NCBI GenBank assembly: GCA_040755995.1
Contig: JBFMAF010000015.1
Span: 1 to 64,000 of the forward strand
DNA: 64,000 nt
DNA from: Acidobacteriota bacterium
GTDB lineage: Bacteria; Acidobacteriota; CAIWXX01
Direction: 5' to 3'
Below, in pieces: positions 60,473 to 64,000 of the stretch (the stretch's first letter is position 1; every line of letters begins with the position of its first letter). The notes under the pieces were generated by a model that did not search any database, had not been told where the DNA came from, and saw only the letters and a list, made by a program, of their open reading frames with translations. A program made the translations under genes and the position numbers.

Positions 60473-61033
60473 ATGAGCGATGCGAAAGACTGGGATGAAC
60501 TGAAGGCGCTGCTGCTGCAGCGATCGCTTGCGTTTGGGGACTTCGTCCTGACGTCGGGCAAGCGCAGTAATTACTACTTTGATAGTAAAATCACGACGCT
60601 TCATCCGCGCGGCATCTACCTCGCGGCCCGCGCGATTCTGGGCATCGTGCGGGAGCAGGGCCTACGAGCCGACGCGGTCGGCGGGCTTACCCTGGGCGCC
60701 GATCCGCTGGTCTCAGGGTGCGCACTGGTCAGCCAGCTGGAGGGGCCCTACCCGCTTCAGGCTTTCATCGTCCGGAAGGAACCCAAGGGGCACGGCAGCA
60801 AGCGGCTCATCGAGGGGCTCTGGGAGAAGGATACGGTGCGCAGCGCGATCATCGTCGAGGACGTCTGCACGACCGGATCGTCGAGCCTGAAGGCGGTGGA
60901 GGCGGCCGAGGAGTACCCGATGGAAGTGAAAGCGGTGATCGCGCTGGTAGACAGGGAAGAAGGAGGCAGCGAGAGGATACGCGCTCGATACCCGTTCTTC
61001 CCGGTGTTCCGTCGAAGCGATCTGTTTACATAG
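60473..61033 (+). CDS. pyrE: Orotate phosphoribosyltransferase
   Basis: GDFVLTSG, RKEPKGHG, IVEDVCTTGSS. Confidence 0.94.
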   Translation: MSDAKDWDELKALLLQRSLAFGDFVLTSGKRSNYYFDSKITTLHPRGIYLAARAILGIVREQGLRADAVGGLTLGADPLVSGCALVSQLEGPYPLQAFIVRKEPKGHGSKRLIEGLWEKDTVRSAIIVEDVCTTGSSSLKAVEAAEEYPMEVKAVIALVDREEGGSERIRARYPFFPVFRRSDLFT

Positions 61034-61048
61034 GCTGGAGGCCGGATC

Positions 61049-61624
61049 ATGCAGGCAATCGAAGCGGTAACGGACAGGAGGCCGGCGGCGCGCAGGGCTT
61101 TTCTGGAATTGCTGGCGGTCGTCGGATTCGCTGCTCTCACGGCGTTGTTGTCGCAGGTGTCGTTCCACGTTCCGGGAATCCCCGTCCCAGCGACCCTTCA
61201 GACGCTGGCGGTGCTCGCATCCGGCTACTACCTGGGCGCGCGTCGAGCCGCGGCCAGCCAGCTCACCTATCTGGTGATGGGTGTGATAGGCCTGCCTGTG
61301 TTCGCGGCCAGCCCGATTCTTCCTGCCGGCGTCGGGCGCCTCTTGGGTCCGACCGGTGGATACCTGCTGGCGTTCCCGGTGGCGGCGGCGATAGCGGGGT
61401 ATCTGCTGCGGCGGCCGCTCGCCCGGAGCTGGTGGTTCAGGTTGGCAGCGTTCAGCGCCGCGGGCCTTGTGATTCACCTGTGCGGCCTGCTGTGGTTTGG
61501 GATTGTGTTCAAGGCACTGGCTTCTCAGCTGCTTCTCGTCAGTTTGCTGCCATTTCTGCCAGTCGACGCGGCGAAGAGCGCCCTGCTGGCATCCATCGCG
61601 CGGCGCCCCTCGCTCGGCAAGTAG
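61049..61624 (+). CDS. bioY: Biotin transporter BioY
   Basis: PVPATLQT, GLPVFA, GPTGGYL, PFLPVD. Confidence 0.92.
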   Translation: MQAIEAVTDRRPAARRAFLELLAVVGFAALTALLSQVSFHVPGIPVPATLQTLAVLASGYYLGARRAAASQLTYLVMGVIGLPVFAASPILPAGVGRLLGPTGGYLLAFPVAAAIAGYLLRRPLARSWWFRLAAFSAAGLVIHLCGLLWFGIVFKALASQLLLVSLLPFLPVDAAKSALLASIARRPSLGK

Positions 61625-61724
61625 GCACGGGAACGACGCCCCGCGGCCGGTGGGCCGCGGTGTGCCAGCTCGACGGCCGGCTGGCGCCCTGCTCGTAGCC
61701 GTGGTCCGCGGCGCCGGACAAGGC

Positions 61725-62129
61725 TCAGCTGCGTGCCCGGCGCACGAACCTGATCGCGTACTCTTTCTCGCTCACGCGGGCCACCTTGTTGTCGACCAAT
61801 CCTGCCTTGAGTGCGGCGTGCTGGACGTCGCCGAACAAGACGTTGACTCCCTTTTCCAGGGCGACTTCCTTTCGGGGGATGACCGCCCAGACGGCGCCGT
61901 TGGCCTTGAGCAGCATCTTGAGCACCTTGAACAGATCCGTCCACTCGCCGCCCTCTTCCGGCCAGACGAAGATCAGGTCGGCGGTCTCGTCAGGGGCCAG
62001 CTTGCGGCGGATCGCAACGCCCGTAGGCATCATGGACTTGGCTTTTCGGAAAAAATTCTCGTGCCCGTTGAAGAAGTACACGAGGTTGTTCGGCTTGACG
62101 CCCAGTTTCCGATAGATGCTCCATTCCAT
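61725..62129 (-). CDS. DUF3052-like protein
   Basis: RKLGVK, GAVWAVIP, AGLVDNKV motifs; GGAGG SD. Confidence 0.7.
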   Translation of the reverse strand: MEWSIYRKLGVKPNNLVYFFNGHENFFRKAKSMMPTGVAIRRKLAPDETADLIFVWPEEGGEWTDLFKVLKMLLKANGAVWAVIPRKEVALEKGVNVLFGDVQHAALKAGLVDNKVARVSEKEYAIRFVRRARS

Positions 62130-62207
62130 ATTCAGGACCCCTCCCGTGCGGCGCGCTTCCATGATATGGAATCACCGACCCGATTTCAACGAGGAAGATG
62201 GGGCCCT

Positions 62208-62235
62208 GTAGGGGCGATGCATGCGTCGCTCCTAC
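62208..62235. repeat. GTAG-type REP
   Basis: GTAGGGGCGATGCATGCGTCGCTCCTAC, related to the REP at 36277. Confidence 0.75.
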
Positions 62236-62241
62236 CGCGCC

Positions 62242-63456
62242 CTACCGTGCGGACCAATCGATTCGAGCGGTGAGCTGCATGACCACGAAGAGAGTCACGA
62301 TTGCGCCCACGGTCACCGCCAGCCCCGTGAAGCCCTCGAAGAAGAAAGCGTACGAGAATCCGACCAGATAGACAAGTTGAGAGAGCGCCGTTTCGACGAA
62401 GGCGAACCGCGTGCCCACGACCAGCCTCATGTACGAGACGACGAGGAAGAGCGAGACGGCCGAACAGATGGCGAAGGCCGCATGGATCGAGATGTGGTCG
62501 ACGAGATATGCGAGGAGCAGGTGGAATGCGAAGAAGGCCGCAGCCAGGAAGAAGTAGTTCATCGGATGCACATCGACGCGCTTGAGAACGCAGACGATGA
62601 ATATGAGGAAGAAGAAGAAGCCCAGCGACACCGGCGCGAAGAACGAGATGCGCGCGGCCATCGGTCCCGGGTTGATCTTCTTTGGCATCTGCAGGCCGAT
62701 GCCGTTGCCCGAGATGAGGTTCTTGTACGTCCACGCGAGCTCCCAGCCGTCAGCCTTTCGATTCTTGACGGTCGGCGACATCGTATTTCCCGGAAAGTCG
62801 AAACCGTCGAAGTCGGTTGTCATAACAAGGCTGAAGTCTCTGACCTCGCCGATGCCGTCGGCGAATCTGTACGTGAACGTATCGAGCCCCTGCGACACGT
62901 ATGCCACCGAGAGCGTGTGGCGTGCTTCTACCTCCGTTGGCACGCGGGCCAGAACCTTGTCGCCTCCCACCCGCTCGAACGGCGTCGCCGCGTCATCCAC
63001 CGTGAACACGAAGTCATCGTAGATGCCGTTGGGCGCGGGGAATGCGAAGAGGATCTCGACATCGTCGGGCCGGCCGGTTGTGTTCTGGAAGACGTACTTG
63101 CCCGCAAACTTGACGCGATAGGTTGAGTACCACAGCAGTCCCTTTCTCCTCTGGTCCAGATGGATGTCCAGCCGGACCCGGCTCTGGATGACTGGTATCG
63201 CGTGCTTGTCCACGCACGTGTGCTTCACCCACGCCTTCTTCACCTCATCCCATTTCTCCTCTGTTGCGGGCCGCTCGACCAGCACGTAGGTGTCTGGGGC
63301 GCGCTGCTGGAGCGGCGTGCCCCAGAGCTCGCCAACGGCCTGCCGCAATCGGTCGTCCTGCTGCGACGTCCTGACGGAAATGCTCGACCCCAGGATCATC
63401 CAGCCTGCGCTCGCCATGAGAAACACGGCGATGATACCTGCGATCTTCTTCGACAT
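62242..63456 (-). CDS. Inner-membrane CreD-family protein
   Basis: N-terminal TM, RRKGLLWY, HPMNY, six C-terminal TMs, LTARIDW. Confidence 0.8.
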   Translation of the reverse strand: MSKKIAGIIAVFLMASAGWMILGSSISVRTSQQDDRLRQAVGELWGTPLQQRAPDTYVLVERPATEEKWDEVKKAWVKHTCVDKHAIPVIQSRVRLDIHLDQRRKGLLWYSTYRVKFAGKYVFQNTTGRPDDVEILFAFPAPNGIYDDFVFTVDDAATPFERVGGDKVLARVPTEVEARHTLSVAYVSQGLDTFTYRFADGIGEVRDFSLVMTTDFDGFDFPGNTMSPTVKNRKADGWELAWTYKNLISGNGIGLQMPKKINPGPMAARISFFAPVSLGFFFFLIFIVCVLKRVDVHPMNYFFLAAAFFAFHLLLAYLVDHISIHAAFAICSAVSLFLVVSYMRLVVGTRFAFVETALSQLVYLVGFSYAFFFEGFTGLAVTVGAIVTLFVVMQLTARIDWSAR

Positions 63457-63663
63457 GGCTTACAACCTCCTGTGAATGGGCGCATCGCGCCAACCAGCCT
63501 GAGCCGATCGAAAGGCGCTCGGCTACGGGATACGCAACGCGACATGAATTGTCGTGCACGGATTCAGTAGACCAGAGCTGGAAGGAGCAAGAATGACGAG
63601 ATCGAGGAAAGGTTGTGGAGAAATGTGGCAGCCATGAGGCAAGGCGAAGTTGCGCGTGCGTCC

Positions 63664-63690
63664 GGGCCGGGTACGAAGGCCGGTCCCTAC
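63664..63690 (-). repeat. GTAG-type REP (reverse orientation)
   Basis: Minus strand GTAGGGACCGGCCTTCGTACCCGGCCC. Confidence 0.65.
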
Positions 63691-63753
63691 AGAGTCCACG
63701 CACGGTCGTTTATGATCTGGTCGGGCTCGAAGTGCAGAAGGAGAAGCTGAAGT

Positions 63754-64000
63754 ATGGGTGAGAGATACGATCTCGTCGTCATCGGATCGGGGCCGGCCGG
63801 TGAGAAGGGGGCGGCGCAGGCTGCCTACTTCGGGAAGAGGGTGGCGCTGGTGGAGCGGTCGGAGCATCTCGGGGGGGCCGGCATCAACACGGGGACCATC
63901 CCGTCCAAGACGCTCCGCGAGACTGCGCTCTATTTCTCGGGGCTTCGCCAGCGCGGCCTGTATGGCATCGACTACTGCCTTCGCGACGGCCTCACGATCG
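63754..64000 (+). CDS. sthA: Soluble pyridine nucleotide transhydrogenase, 5' part (runs off the window)
   Basis: Manual translation MGERYDLVVIGSGPAGEKGAAQAAYFGKRV...GGAGINTGTIPSKTLRE (no CxxxxC). Confidence 0.85.
   Translation, partial: MGERYDLVVIGSGPAGEKGAAQAAYFGKRVALVERSEHLGGAGINTGTIPSKTLRETALYFSGLRQRGLYGIDYCLRDGLTI

Noticed and set aside
63480..63750. Possible small RNA or second DnaA-box pair (TGTGGAGAA) between the creD-like gene and sthA
   Set aside because: Only one reasonable box and no recognisable RNA family structure

Overview
A 64 kb, roughly 64% GC (by eye) bacterial chromosomal segment. GWxTD-domain, sulfatase-TPR and VWFA-related proteins suggest Acidobacteriota or a relative (inference). 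It is mostly housekeeping and accessory metabolism: an arcE-like/arcC/argF arginine catabolism cluster, a Cpx-like envelope-stress module, an EmrAB-TolC pump, vapBC, clpSA, pgm, mltG-ruvX, pyrE-bioY and tRNA-Asp. No CRISPR array, prophage or intact transposase was seen. Most notable: (1) a 1096-aa polypeptide fusing a radical-SAM activase to a glycyl-radical enzyme of unassigned chemistry; (2) 14 co-oriented DnaA-box-like 9-mers phased at 11-12 bp with no dnaA in the window; (3) a cNMP-domain aspartase fusion and, elsewhere, a perfect CRP-type box; (4) a kinase-M23-aminotransferase triple fusion; (5) a recurring leaderless promoter layout; (6) several gene remnants and families of intergenic repeats. 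All calls come from motif recognition by eye; no database searches were run.
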